A stretch of 63,944 nt of DNA, the filler included, from Saprolegnia diclina VS20 (lineage: Eukaryota), in assembly GCF_000281045.1 (NCBI RefSeq). It is 4 parts of 2 records of this genome, joined end to end, with 100 filler letters (N's around TTAATTAATTAA, not from the genome) between each part and the next. Parts side by side here need not be neighbours in the genome. Positions count along the whole stretch, not along the records: positions 18,486 to 46,718 come from NW_008246101.1; positions 46,819 to 58,720 come from NW_008246101.1; 2 more parts are not named here. One strand, 5' to 3'. Made by a program: the position numbers and the translations under genes. Positions 33,163 to 46,819 of the stretch are shown here, in pieces. Below the pieces are notes generated by a model, which saw nothing but the letters and a program-made list of their open reading frames with translations, made no database searches and had not been told where the DNA came from. Numbering within the stretch: position 1 is the stretch's first letter; every line of letters begins with the position of its first letter.

Positions 33163-35041
33163 TTACGAGTGGCGGCGCGCAGTCGGGTCCGGAATCAGCC
33201 GCTTGGCGGCCACGACCCAGTCCATGAGCTCAGTCTGGGACGTGCATTGAAAGATGTGGCGGCGCGTCGACTCGGTCTTGAAGACGCTGAAGAGCCCCGA
33301 GGAGGCCACCGCCTAGACGGGCGTTCGATCCAGTCGACTCGCAGTCCTCGTACCTCGTTGACTTCAAACGTCGGGACCGTGCCCTTGGCGATCGCGAGGC
33401 GCGAGTTGGGGAGGTAGATGGACGCATACGTCACACACGAGACGCCGTCGTCCGAGGTCGGGAGCGACGAGAGCACCGCGTCCGGCCGCTTGTCCTTGGT
33501 CCATTCAAAGAGGTGGAGGTACCCGTCCTGCGTCACGGCGCCAAACATGTCCTTCCACGACTTGAACATGGTCGCCGACACTTGGTACCGCAGAAAGCCG
33601 CCATAAACCAGCTACAAGATCCTCAGCTGCGTCGGCATGAAGTGTGAAATCAGGAAAACCTACCAGCGGACTCGCGAGCGGCGACCGGAACGACCCGAAA
33701 AATTTGTCTTCTTGCGCATCGGCGAGCGCCATCGCGGTGTTCTACGTCATAATGGGCATCCGACATGGACAGAGGTGCATCGTGTACGTTGCGCGGAATG
33801 CGGCGAATCGTGAGCAGCAGGTCCTTTTCCGCGTGCATTTTCTACCCCAAACCAAAATACGAAATCAGATCTGATGGCAAACACATACGAGCGTGCTGCC
33901 GAGGGGCTCGGTCATGGTGCCGCCGAGCTCTTCAAAAATGGTCTTTTGCTTGCGCAAGTACGTATCCAGCGCGGTCTGGGTCACCGAGACGCGGAGGACT
34001 TCGATCGTCTAGCCACGCCGTCAACGGAAGTGCATCAGTGTGTCAAGTCGATACCTTGAACTGCTGAAAGAGTGTGGCCATGCCCGTCACGTACTCGACA
34101 CGCGCAGCTTGGAGCTTCTGGACGTTGACACCGTACGCCGCTTCGGCGAGCCAGAGATCGTGCGCATGACTGCTGCTCTCTTCTATCCAAGGATGGTTTA
34201 TACTCTGAAAAGAGGAGGCGGTGGACCGACGCTTGGCTTGACGCGCGCGCTCCATTTCGCGGTAGAGGTCGTCGTAGGCCGCAAACGATTCTTGCACGCG
34301 TTTTTGGGATGCGCGCAGCATCAAGTCCAGCGCGGTGCCTTCCGCCACCATGGTCGTCGCCGTCTCTTCGTACTGCGTCACCTACATGCAGTGCATGAGC
34401 GTTTGGTAGAGAGCGAGGAAGAGGACCATTTCCTGGAGCGGTCGCGCGAGCACGTCACGCTGGATCGCGTTCGTAAACGTCTCGATCTTGTCTGAGAGCT
34501 GCTGCTGGCTTTCGCCGAGGGCGTGGAGGGCGTTGTCGCACGACGACGCCATTTGGAGCTTGGGGCCCCCGACGTCCGACGTCTCGAGCACGAGCCGCAG
34601 CCGCCGGAGGCTCTCTGCATACGCCATGTCGGCTTGGATCTTGAGTGTGAAGAAGCGCACGAGGCGGGCGTTCGTGTCCCGCGCGGTCTGGAGCTCGGCG
34701 CAAAACACGTCCCAGTACTTGCGGTCGGCCATCTGCGCGGGGTCGATGTACGCCTTGCGCGACGCCTCAAAGCACCGGAGCGCGTCGCACGAGACGCTTT
34801 TGTTGCGCCACAGCATTGCATGGTTCAAGTTGGCGTCCGGCACCGTGCCCGCTTTGGTGAACGAGTTGGCACGGCCGCCGTCCGTGCCCGCATGGTGTGG
34901 CGACGACGTCGCAATCACGTCGCCAGCGACGAGCGCTGCCGCAGACGCCGACTGCTGAGAGGTCGGTGGCGATACGATCGTCAGCGCTGGCGGCGGCGAC
35001 GCGGTCGATGGTGCGGGCAGCGTACTCTCGGCGTCGCTCAT
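33163..35041 (-). CDS. F-BAR-like coiled-coil + PH domain protein (Slm1-like architecture), multi-exon
   Basis: Helical region FFTLKIQADMAYAESL, PH-like GFLRYQ...KSWKDMFGAVTQDGYLHLF, and terminal FQCTSQTELMDWV. Confidence 0.7.
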
Positions 35042-35166
35042 CTTGTTGGTCTGTCCCTTGTTGCAACTGGCAGACCCAAAAGCCCTTTCTTGATCCTCGG
35101 ATTGTGATTGGTTGGAATACTAAAAACCTCACGACGGGGCCAAGTGCGCGCACTTGACACGCGATA

Positions 35167-35612
35167 TGCGACACGTCTCGTGGCAAATCCTTGAAGATAC
35201 AAGCCCACACGCCCAGGAAACCAAGCAGACCAAGCGTGTACAGACCGCTACTCGAAGCCAGCAAGCAGCCTCCAAGGCTCGCCCCGTTGGAAGCGCTCTT
35301 GCTAATTCGCATGGCGCGACAGCGTCTGCGTTGGTGGCACCACCGTCATTCAGCTTGCGTGGGAATGTTGCGAGTTCTGAGCTCCTGGCAAGCCCTCGTG
35401 CGCATGCCATGGCACCTCTGGCGATGAGGACGTCGCACGAGTCCGTACGCACGCAATCATCATTTGACAAACAACGACCGGAATCGAGCCAAAAACATCG
35501 TCACAGGAGGGTAAGATTAAGCCCGATAAGTGAAATTGCTGATCAAGCTGAACATTCACAGCCTGTAAGCTCTGGTTGCAGCAACAATGCATCTGACGAG
35601 TGTTGCTATTGA
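35167..35612 (+). CDS. Possible hypothetical Ser-rich protein
   Basis: An ORF divergent from the F-BAR gene with no recognisable domain. Confidence 0.25.
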
Positions 35613-35872
35613 CGCTATGCATAATGTCCTTCCTCCAAGAACAGCTCTCAGAACGCGGTGCTTATTTGCGACTCTTTGTTTGTGGCGTTCGTAGTCCAAT
35701 AGTGGGCCGGCAAGGAGCCACGTAGCGTGCCGATCCAAAAAGACAGGAGGCCGCGCAACGGATTGTGGCCAATCCAAGGTCGCGATGGCAATGCGCACTT
35801 GAGATGCGCGAACTTGTCACGCATTGCCACAAACAACACCAAAAGAAGGAATCGGTCCGGGTAAACTCCGGG

Positions 35873-36491
35873 ATGGAGAAACGCGAGATTGGCGACGAAG
35901 CGGTGTGGTCGCTCTCGACGGCCAAGCCCGGCAATGGCGTCCACCAGCTGCGCGATGGTATACTGCGATGGACCGCGCCGGTAATGACATGCTTGCTTGA
36001 GTAGACAACCTCGATACGTACTGGCAGTCGGACGGCGTCCAGCCGCATCTGATCAACATCCAATTCCACAAGAAGATGACCGTGCACGAGGTCGCCTTGT
36101 ACCTTGACTACAAGCTCGACGAGAGCTACACGCCCCGGAAGATTGCAATCCGCGCCGGCTCGACCTTTCACGACCTTGTCGACATCAAGACGCAGACCAT
36201 CGTCGAGCCATCGGGCTGGACCGTCATCCCGCTCCAGCAGGTGCTGCTGGCCCTTGGCCAGCCGTCGCGCGAGGTGCGCCCATTCGCCATGGTTCCAGCG
36301 CTGTAGCTCTACCGTAGAAGCCGCTGCGCACCTTCTTTCTCCAGATTGCTGTGCTCGGCATGCACCAGAATGGCCGAGATACGCACATCCGCCAGGTCAA
36401 GATCTACGCGCCGCGCGTCGCCGCGTCCATTGGCGCGCAGATCCCTGAGCCCTCGAGCGTCGCCTTCTCGTCCTTCGCATCGATCCGGTAA
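35873..36491 (+). CDS. APC10: Anaphase-promoting complex subunit 10 (DOC1), 3 exons
   Basis: [49 protein letters not shown], and a C-terminal IR motif. Confidence 0.95.
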
Positions 36492-36697
36492 GATCGTCGT
36501 CCGCTGCGTCCCGTCAACGTTTTGCGTCATCCCGTCATCCGGTGCACTTGCCGTGGTCACTTCAACTGCTCGATTAAGTGCGGTTTTAGAGCCCAGATGC
36601 AATAATTTGACACCTTCAACTGGTCCGATTAAGTCCGCATACGCTCAAAGATCGCAACAGTCACAACTGCTCTCGCCGCCATTCGCGACAATAAGAA

Positions 36698-39307
36698 ATG
36701 AGCCGACGCGACTCGCGCATGATGCTCTACCTCGGCGGCGTTGCCAGCGTCGCATGGTGTATGGTGTACATGGCCCAAGTCCACACGACGATGCTGGCGC
36801 CGGCGCCGCTCGCAGGCGCCATGCACCTCGCCGCCGCGCCATCCGATGCCGACCGCGTCGAAGCTCTCTTGAAATCTATGGTCCGCTGACCTTGCTAGGA
36901 TCGAGTGCTCATGTAGTACATGCGCTATAGACACTGGCTCAAAAGGTGGGCCAAATGACGCAGATCGACATCGGCGACATTCTGTACGGCAAGAGCCGGG
37001 AGCCGGCCCTCGCCATCAACCGCGCCAAGGTCGCCGTGTACGCCAAGCTCGGGATCGGGTCGTACTTTAACTCGCCCTTTGACGCCAACAGCAGCCCGCA
37101 CGGGCGCGTCGGGTGGTCGGCGTCCGAGTGGCGCGTCGTGCTCAACACGATCGCGGCCATCTACAAGGAGCACAGCGCCGTGCCGTTCATCTACGGCATC
37201 GACACGACGCACGGCGCCAACTATGTGCGCAACGCGACGCTCTTCCCGCAGCCTCTCGCGCTCGCATCGACCTTCAACGTCGACCTTGCGTATGCGATGG
37301 GGCGCATCGAGGCCAAGGACAGCCTCGCAGCCGGCATCCCATGGATCTTCAGTCCCGTGCTCGGGATTGCGATGCAGCCCAAGTGGTCGCGGGTACGCAT
37401 GAACCTCTATCTTCCAACCGATCCGACTATATACGGTCTAGGTGTATGAGACCATGGGCGAAGATCCGCATGTGGTCTCGACTCTCGGCGTCGCTGTCAT
37501 ACGTGGCATCCAGTCGTCCAACGCTTCAGCGGTCCGCCCTCTTCTTGTACAACGCACGATATGCATTACTCGTATGTGCTAGGCCTGCATGAAGCACTTC
37601 ATCGGGTACTCGAACCCGACGAGCGGCAATGACCGCGCCGACAGCATCATCACGGACTTTGACTTGGTCAACTACTACGCCCCGCCGTTCCTCGCTGCCG
37701 TCCGCGACGGTAACGTCCTCAGTGCCATGGAGACGTACACCAGCGTTAACGGCGACCCGGTCGTCCAAAGCACCAAGCTGCTCCAAGGTTTGCTGCGCAA
37801 CGACATGGCGTTTGACGGGCTCCTCGTCTCGGACGACGACGAGATCCACCGGCTCGTGGCCGAGCACCACGTGGCGGCGACGGAGCTCGAAGCACTGCAG
37901 ATGGTCATGGACCACACGTCCTTGGACATGAACATGGTGAGCAAGAAGCACCGCGCGACGTCGCTCTTACTCAAGCTCGTGAACGCGTCGACGATCCCCG
38001 AAGCGCGGCTCGATTCGTCCGTGCGTCGCATCCTCACGCTCAAGCAGCGCCTCGGGCTCCTCGATGCACCGCCTTCGACTCACGAGAATTTGGTGGCGAC
38101 GGTTGGCAGCGACGAAGACCGCGCGCTCGCAGCGACGGCCGCCGACGAGAGCGTCGTGCTGCTCTTGAACAAGCCCGTCGAGCCCGTGGACGCGGTCAAT
38201 CCCAAGATGGTCCTCCCAATCCAGAACCCAAATGCTAAGATCTTTGTGACCGGCCCGCTCGCCGACAACAAGGCGTACCTCTGCGGCGGGTGGACTGTCT
38301 ATTGGCAGGGCACCGACGACTCGGACGCGATTCCGTATGGCCGCACGATCAAGGAGGCCGTGGCCGCCCGCTTTCCAAACGTTGTGTACGCAGAAGGCGT
38401 CCCGGTCCTCGATACGGACGTCGACGCGAACGCTGGCCCGCCGGGCAGCGTCCACGCGATGAGCGCGCCACAAGCTGCGAACCACAGCGCCGCGCTCGCG
38501 CTCGCGGCGGCCGCCGACTACACGATCGTGGTCGTCGGCGAGGCGCCGTATGCGGAAAAGTCGGGCGACCTCGACGACCTCACGCTGCCGTCCGGGCAGC
38601 TCGAGTACATTGCGGCGCTGAGCCGCGTCACGACGACGAACGTGATTGTTGTCGTAATCACGGGCCGACCGCGGCTCCTCGGGCACAGCCTCCGCCACGT
38701 CCACGGTGTGCTCGTGAGCTTCCTGCCGTGCGCGGGTGGCGGCGACGCGATCGCCAAGGTGATTGCCGGCGACGTCAACCCGAGCGGCCGCCTTCCACTC
38801 ACGTACCCAGCGACGACGGGCCATGCGCTGCCGTACTTTCACCGCGCTAATGTCGCGTGCACCGAAGGCTTTAAAGAGTGCCCGGTCCAGTGGCCGTTTG
38901 GCGCGGGCTTGAGCTACACGACGTTCAAGTACGACAACCTCACGCTGAGCGCGTGGCGCGTCGACAAGGTCACGGGCCGGCTCCGCGTCGACGTGAGCGT
39001 CACCAATGTGGGCACGCGCGCCGGCAAAGAAGTGGTGCTGTTGTTTCTGTCGCAAAAGGTCCGGCGGTTTGCCGTGCCCGAGGCCAAGCTCCTGAAGCGC
39101 TTTACGAAGATCGAGCTGGCGCCGTCGGCGTCGACGACCGTGAGCTTTGAGCTGAGCTTTGATGACTGGTCGTTTGCACTACCGCAGATCGGTCATGGCT
39201 TGAACCGAACGGCCGAGGATGGACTCTTCCATCTCATGATCAAGCACGACACGACGTGTGGCGGGGCCAAGAAGAACCCGCTCTGTGCTCATTTCCACCT
39301 CGTCTAA
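36698..39307 (+). CDS. Glycoside hydrolase family 3 beta-glucosidase, secreted or anchored, multi-exon
   Basis: KVGQMTQ, YGIDTTHGA, KHFIGY, LLVSD nucleophile region, GDVNPSGRLPLTYP, FGAGLSYTTF, C-terminal Fn3-like domain, hydrophobic N-terminus. Confidence 0.95.
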
Positions 39308-39561
39308 GCAGCTCATGTAGACTGCGACTGCATGCTAACGTCTACTAAGTGATGTTGTACCTTGCGTGTGGCCATGCTTGCAACGAAGCATGGATCATGC
39401 AGGCGTCGCAAGGTGAGGGCTGCGAAATGGCCGCAAGGCTGGGAGGGCCAAAGCTGCAAGAGAGACGCGGTATCCCTTTCACCAGTGATGTCCATTGAGA
39501 GGGCTTTTTTACAGGCGACGCAATACGTCTTTCTATCAAAACTACAGGCGGCAAATGACAT

Positions 39562-39861
39562 TTAGTTGAACTTGCCGAGGATGTCTTCGTCACGGAACAA
39601 GTGGAACTCGTCTTCGCCGAGCTTGAGGAGGCTGCCGCCGTATTCCGGGAGGAGCACCTTGTCGCCGACGGCCACGTTCATGGGGATGATCGTGCCCTCG
39701 TGGTTGCGGGCGCCGGGGCCGACGGCGACGACTTCGCCCTCGTTCTGCGTGCTCTTGGCCGAGTCGGGGAGGTAGATGCCACCGGCCGTCTTGAGCACGG
39801 GCTCGGCCTTCTTGATGAGGACACGGTTGCCAAGCGGCAGCAGCTTGCGGAGGCTCGACAT
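39562..39861 (-). CDS. HSP10: Mitochondrial co-chaperonin Hsp10
   Basis: PLGNRVLI, TAGGIYLP, VVAVGPG, VGDKVLLPEYGG. Confidence 0.97.
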   Translation of the reverse strand: MSSLRKLLPLGNRVLIKKAEPVLKTAGGIYLPDSAKSTQNEGEVVAVGPGARNHEGTIIPMNVAVGDKVLLPEYGGSLLKLGEDEFHLFRDEDILGKFN

Positions 39862-40372
39862 GGTTCGACTACGGGGTCCGAGGAAAATTCGATACTGACC
39901 ACCGCAAACGTTTCCAACAGCATCAAGTGTTTTAAACACATATCCACAAGTCGAAGGCTCGAGAACGTTCCGAAGTCGTGAAATAGTGTATGTTTGAACT
40001 TGAAGCTGGCAGCACGTGCAGTTGCGCGATGGCGCACGTGCGCAAACTCTCGTGAATAGTGTGCATGAGAACGATAGGCGCTGGGATTTAGTGTACATAA
40101 GTTGGGCTAGACACACGCAACTTGACGTTCTAGAATGTGGCGGGAAGCATCCTCACCCTACCAGATTGCACCGATATTCCTCAACCGCAAGCAGCGGTCT
40201 GGAACGGTCGACCACCAGATCGCTCGGGGTGTGCGCATTAGATTTTAGACCCAGCGTGACCAGCTGGAGCCATTTACCGCGTGTCAACGGCTTCTTGCCC
40301 AGAGTCAGCACGCCATCCAGCATTTCAGCGAATTCGCAAAATCGGGTTTGAACTGGCAGAGGTATCCACTTC

Positions 40373-40852
40373 ATGACGAGTCGAGTCCAAGACGCGTCGC
40401 TGGCCGCCAAGGACACGGAGCAGCACCGCCTTGTTCGCATTTTGCAGGCGCAAACCATCACGCGGACGCGTGTCTGGACCTTGTGTATCGCCAGCCTCGG
40501 CGCCCTGCTCTCGCTTAGCGCCTTTGCCTTTGCCCACCAGCTCTACCCGCACCCATCGGCCGCGATCTTTGCATCGACCGCCGTCACGATCGTGCTCGAA
40601 ACGAGCTTGACGCTGGCGACCGTATATACTCCCGGCACTGTCGACTCGCGCCCGATCATGGTCGCAACAGTGCGGGTAGTCATGCTCGTCGTGTGGCTGC
40701 GGACGAGCCAGGCCGCCTTGGTCGCCGCGCTAACATCGTCTGCTGTGGCGCTGGTCGTTGCGGGCCCGCTGGTGTTTGGCATCGTCTGCGCCCTCACGGC
40801 AAGTCAGCTCGCTGGCTTTCGAAAAGACCTATTGTCCTTGACGTCTCTCTGA
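40373..40852 (+). CDS. Hypothetical 4-TM membrane protein
   Basis: 159-aa ATG ORF with four hydrophobic segments. Confidence 0.6.
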   Translation: MTSRVQDASLAAKDTEQHRLVRILQAQTITRTRVWTLCIASLGALLSLSAFAFAHQLYPHPSAAIFASTAVTIVLETSLTLATVYTPGTVDSRPIMVATVRVVMLVVWLRTSQAALVAALTSSAVALVVAGPLVFGIVCALTASQLAGFRKDLLSLTSL

Positions 40853-40933
40853 GTCGTTCACAAATGCTAGTTAGTAGGAAGTGGTGTAGTACAAAATATT
40901 CAGACTCGCGTATCTAGGTTTCTAGTAGATTGC

Positions 40934-41862
40934 TTACTTCATCGGCGCCCAGTAGTCGATGATATCCAGAGCGACTTCACAGCTCTCCCGCACGACCTGG
41001 TGGTCGTCCTTGACGTACACCTTGAGGATCTCTTCGCACTCGGGCGTGCCAATGGCACCGAGCGCCTCGGCGGCTTCGTGGCGGACCATGCGGTGCTCGC
41101 TGGCGTCGACGAGCACCTTCTTGAGCGCGGGGACCGTCACGGGGTTGACCATTTGGCCCATGACGTACGCGATCTCGTGGCGGAAGAGCGCGCTCTTGTC
41201 GTCGAAAGCCTCGCCGAGCGCGAGCGCCGCGTCTTCCGAGTTGCGGTTCCGGAGCGAAAACATGGCACGGTACCGGTCGAACATCGAGCGCGACGTGTCG
41301 AGCAAGATGGCCTTGAGCTCGTCCGTGGTCTTGGTCTTCTCCATGGCCGGCGCCGGGTCGACCGAGAGATACGGGTTGCGGTCGAGGACGCCTTCGTCCT
41401 CCACCGGCGTGTGCTTGTACTTGACGAGGCGAAGCGCGAGCTCGCACGTCTCCGCGACTTCCGGCGCGTCGTCGTGGCTAAACTTTTCAAGGATCTCGAG
41501 CGAGCTCGCGTCGCCGATCGCGCCAAGGGCCTCGGCGGCTTCGTGGCGGACCATGCAGTCGTCGGACGTGTCGGCGACGACCGACTCGAGCGTCGGGCAC
41601 GCATCGGCGTCCTGGAACTGACCGATGACATAAGCGAGCTCGTGGCGCATGAGCTCCGAGTCGGCCTTGTTGACCAAGGCTACAGACGATCTTAGCGCAG
41701 GATCCTCGTGGCGTGGCGTAGCCTACCTTCGAGGAGGACCTTGAGGTCGTCCTTGCCGCCACGCGTGCGGAGGTAGAAGACGGCGCGGGTGCGCTTGCCC
41801 ATGGGCTGCGAAAGGTCGAGGAGCGACGCGCGGAGCTGGTCGAAGGAAGGGCCGTCCGACAT
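40934..41862 (-). CDS. DOHH: Deoxyhypusine hydroxylase (2 exons)
   Basis: Four HE motifs in HEAT repeats (RHELAY, RHEAAEAL, RHEIAY, RHEAAEAL), SVDPAP, and exon 1 MSDGPSF...RTRAVFYLR. Confidence 0.96.
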
Positions 41863-42650
41863 GTTGGCAAAAGAGAAGTTGCGCAGGCCACCGACGTCAT
41901 GACCACGTCACCGGATACCGCTTGTCCTCGCACCAGCGTATCCGGAATGCTTGGCACCTCCCACCAACCAAAACGCTTCTTGTGCGCCATTGGGTATGAT
42001 TATAGCCAATCACAGGACTTAGGATGCTCCCGCGACTTCCACGTTGACGATCGCGATTGGACCCGCGCGCCATTTTCGCCAGTCATTCCGCGGGATCCTA
42101 TCGCACTCTTCCAAGACCCATCTACGCATAGCTATAGTGTGTGTTTATATCGATAAGTCTTTGAAAGATTGGACTTTGATCTCTCGTAGGAAGATCCGCA
42201 GCTCGTTGGTCAGCTGAGGTCATGGCAGGACAACAAGATGGCTTAGATCTGACATGAAATAGTACAGTATCGACACAGCGTCAAATGCAAATAAAATTTT
42301 AGTACAGTACTCTGTCGGTGGTATGTCCCACCGAGTCCAAAGGGCACTCAAATTGCAGTGTAAGAGCATCGATGCTGACTGCTAAACCATAATGAACACC
42401 GGTCGCCGTTGGCGATTCCCTTGCCGTTGCGAAGACCACCACCCGCCTCCTCTCGGCACAGCGACGGACATGCAGCCTTTCCACCGGTCGCCGACATACA
42501 ACTCGCAAACGTGTCAAACCCACCAATCACGCGTCAGCATTCAGATCCACACACGATCATTGGCTACATTCGTATCTATTTTCAGCTGGCACACCGGCCA
42601 GGGGCAAAGTCTCTGGAAACGCATTCGCGAATCGTCGTCCGGCCGCCGTG

Positions 42651-43631
42651 ATGCAACAAGTACAACGCCCGCCCCTACGATCTTAGTGCTGATGCTCATC
42701 GTATAGGATGGCGCCACCGAGATTGTCCTACTGGAGGAGTCGCTGCCGCTGACCGACGTCGACCAAGTCTTTTATGACGCGATCAAGAAGGAGTTTGGGA
42801 CCGACTGCAACGAAGAATTCTGCATTCGCCTTGCCCGCGCATACCGCGGCGAGAAGAAAAACCGCATGAGCAAGACCATCGGCGAGGCGAAGAAAGTACT
42901 GGTAGGCCATTGCCATGCGACGACAACTCTTGTTTAACAACACGTAGGAGTGGCGCAAGCAGGTCAAGGCCGACGAGCTACTCGAGATAAAGCTCGACCA
43001 AGCCGATTTGTTTGCACAGTCGTGGCCGTCGATGATTTCCGGCGAAGACTACTACGGGCATATCATCAACTACGACCGCCTCAAGGACATCCAGCTCGAT
43101 GCGTTCCTCTCGCATTTCAACCTCGAGCAGGTCTTGCTCCACCGCGCCAAGCACATGGAACGACTTCGGGCCGAGTACATTCAAATCGTCCTTTCTCGGA
43201 CAAGATCTTATAGTCTTCAATGATGTAGAATGGCCGCAGTCTCCAAGCGGGCAGGACGCCGCATCTACCGCCACATCTGCATTTTCGACCTCTCGGGCAT
43301 TGGCCTCAAGCACATGGCACCGAGCGTCATTAACTTTTTGAAGCCCATCTTCGACCTCGGCCAAGTCTACTACCCCGAGTCGCTCTTCCGCATGTACCTC
43401 GTGAACGCACCGTTCGTGTTTTGGGGCACGTGGAAGATCATTTCCAACTTCATCGATCCGGAGACCAAGGAAAAGATCCAGATTTTCAAGAACGCCGAGA
43501 GCTTCGTCGTCGACGCCAAGAAGCACGGCATTCCGATGAGCGCAATCCCAAAGGCGCTCGGTGGCGAGAGCGTCGGGCGTATGCTCGACGACAACTTTGT
43601 CGTGACCAGCTGCGTCCCAGCGTCCGAGTAA
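42651..43631 (+). CDS. CRAL-TRIO/Sec14-like lipid-binding protein, multi-exon
   Basis: IFDLSGIGL, YYPESL..MYLVNAP..F...WKII..FIDPETKEKI, IPKALGG. The first exon is probably the micro-exon MQQ. Confidence 0.88.
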
Positions 43632-44329
43632 ACGCTACGTCGTCACATGCTTGGCGTTAACAATCGAATAGCATCCCATTTATATATTGGATAACCACAA
43701 GGACTTTAGGACAGCACGAGCAGACGCAACCTTGAGAAAGCCTGCGTTCGAGTTGGACACAGAGCAATGTAGGTCTCGTCGAGACACACGTCTGTTTGAA
43801 AGATTAAGGTCTTCAAAGTGCATCACAGTGCTTGATGGGGATACGATAACAAAGCAACTTGTGCAGCCTCACATAGCTGTCGAATGCGAGTTGAGTCGAA
43901 TTGGGAGACCGCATATTCTATCATATTGCGGCGTTGCCACCTGCAATCAAAAACATCTCGCACTTGATATACGCCGCCGGTTGGCTAGTAAATTGGTGTT
44001 GCAACATACCACCTTGTTCGAGACTGGACGAGACGTTGTGCATCGAGCGATGCTGATAAACGAGCCGAAGTGGTGGCGGCGCAGGCGGTAGTCGCGGATC
44101 GTTGGGGCGTTGGCAATCCTGCCGCGACATCACTTTGGTTTCGAATTGTCGATGAATGGGTCCGTCGTTGACGTTGAATATTTATTTACATCACGGGAGC
44201 CATCGAGGTCAATAAAAGCAACTGTCGAGGGTCCGATTGCGATTGCAAAAGGATATTGAGCTACTCAACGACGCTGCCGATCAGCTCGGTCCTCTTCGTC
44301 GACGCAAGCAACAACGCCGAAGTCACGCG

Positions 44330-45600
44330 CGTTTGCACAAGCAAGATGGACCGCTTCGCATGGACCGAGACATTTACTTGACCAATGTGTTGCTAAGGCT
44401 ATCGGGCTCATCTTCTACACCGAGGCGCGCATGGATCTCATCTGCAACGTCGTGGGCCAGTCGGTGAGCACCACCAACACATTTGCTTCCGTTGACGGAA
44501 ACGGTTCGTGCTATTATACCATTCACGCCTGTGCATACTTGTCTTTGGCCGGTCGTGTCTCTGGCTCGTGCCTGGTGACGCCCTCTCGAATAAAAGTGCC
44601 GACAGCGATCGCGATGTCGTGACACTCTATTTCGTGCACGAGGCCGTGCGCGATCCAATCAAGGTCTGGCTGCTGTTCATTTATCGCATTGGAACGACGT
44701 TCTTTGTGTGGTACTGTCTCGATGTTCACTACTATATCCACTGCTGGCAGCTCGAATCGCTCGTGCACCGACGCGGCCACCGCGCGATCATGCCGCCGGG
44801 CGGCTGGAATTTGAACTCGTCCTTGGCGACCCAACTGCCATTGTGCTCATGGATCCGTGGGTCGCGGCACTCTATGTGCTTGACATTTGGCTCAATGCGA
44901 TTGGTTTTGGCACGTCGACCATTGCCGTTTCGGAGAGCAGTGACCTGCTTCTGGTACTTCTCAGCATCTTGCACCTCTCGCGCTCGGTGGTTCCATACTC
45001 GGCTCCTCGTCCTGTCTGATAGACAGAAATGCGGTGTATGTCTGGTTTGCGTACTGGGGTCTCGGCATTGTCTCGTTCGGATTCCAGCACTGGAAATGAA
45101 CAGTGCTTTTCGGAAGTCGACCCGACGCTCGTGGCCATCGCCGTCGTTATCTACGGGCCGATCATGGCATTCATCAACTGTCATTTCGTGGTGATCGAGC
45201 GCGTGGCCCACTACATTTGTCCTGTCTCGAACCCGAGAACTGACGTTGAATGTCAACTTTGTCGTTACAAAGCTTCTGACACTGAGTGGCCTCTCATCTA
45301 TGGTTAAATCACTGGTACGCGGCAGTCTGCCGCGTACCAGTCGCTTCAACGACGCAAGAACGCCACGCACGTCACTCGATCGCTTTGCATTGCACCACAG
45401 TTAGCGCTGCGTGGTGGTTCAGTCTACAGCGCCATGGACGACCACCCGCGTCTCAAGCGATGTCCGACAATAAGCTTGCGCGGCAGCGACTGCTTCTTGC
45501 TCTGCTACTGCGACGGTGAGCTTGCTGAGCGGCTTCGCTTGCGTCTTTGAACCAATTTGGATACCAAGGCGATGCACCGCACGCGGCCGAGCCGTCGCAA
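44330..45600 (+). pseudogene. Decayed multi-pass membrane protein gene (paralog A)
   Basis: Frame-broken segments RDPIKVWLLFIYRIGTT, ELVLGDPTAIVLMDP, VWFAYWGL and GGSVYSAM...RCPTISLRGSDCFLLCY; homologous to 46820-48000. Confidence 0.6.
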
Positions 45601-46819
45601 TCGTACGCCGCCCGAGCCATCCTTGTGATGTATCTAATGCAGGTGTTTCCGTCTACTCTATCACAAATACCACCTACACAGACAAATTGTGGTCAAACCA
45701 AAAATTTGGTCATGGACGGTCAGACAGCTTTCGTCACCTGCGTATGGAGCACAATGGAAAGTGTTGGTATTGCATGTTACATGTAGTCCATAGTTCAAGG
45801 GAACTAGTGTACAATATAGTCTAGGAGACTAAGACAACTAACAAGGTGTTATGTTGGCCAATATTGTGNNNNNNNNNNNNNNNNNNNNNNNNNNNNNNNN
45901 NNNNNNNNNNNNNNNNNNNNNNNNNNNNNNNNNNNNNNNNNNNNNNNNNNNNNNNNNNNNNNNNNNNNNNNNNNNNNNNNNNNNNNNNNNNNNNNNNNNN
46001 NNNNNNNNNNNNNNNNNNNNNNNNNNNNNNNNNNNNNNNNNNNNNNNNNNNNNNNNNNNNNNNNNNNNNNNNNNNNNNNNNNNNNNNNNNNNNNNNNNNN
46101 NNNNNNNNNNNNNNNNNNNNNNNNNNNNNNNNNNNNNNNNNNNNNNNNNNNNNNNNNNNNNNNNNNNNNNNNNNNNNNNNNNNNNNNNNNNNNNNNNNNN
46201 NNNNNNNNNNNNNNNNNNNNNNNNNNNNNNNNNNNNNNNNNNNNNNNNNNNNNNNNNNNNNNNNNNNNNNNNNNNNNNNNNNNNCAATACACCATTCACT
46301 ACGGAGTGCGGACGGTGGCTTCTACACACCTGGAGCCCTTTCTGTACATTTGCATTTTGCTTTTGCGTTGGTCAAGACCAACAGAAAGGATCGTCAGTGA
46401 CGGCTATCTCGCGTTAGCCTTCGGGTCGCCCAGGTCAGGACAAGACGCGATGCCGCAGCATGGGGCGAGTACTGGCCCGACCTCGACTGAATCCTCGAGG
46501 CAAAATGAAAAAAGTCCATCATCACAGCAAAATTTAGTCATGATTTGTTTTGGCCGTGGATGCTGCTGTTGGGCCACTCCATTCTGTTTTGTATATATTT
46601 CGAAAAGGAAAGGGCAATGAGAAAAACGAATGATTGAGTTCCGCGGCAAATCCTGGAGGGACTACAGCAAATGACGCCGAGCTGCCCATGCCTTCTGTGA
46701 GCAGGGCGTACGCGAAACNNNNNNNNNNNNNNNNNNNNNNNNNNNNNNNNNNNNNNNNNNNNTTAATTAATTAANNNNNNNNNNNNNNNNNNNNNNNNNN
46801 NNNNNNNNNNNNNNNNNNT

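Noticed and set aside
39562..40852. Possible Hsp10/Hsp60 head-to-head pair
   Set aside because: The divergent gene is a small TM protein, not Hsp60.
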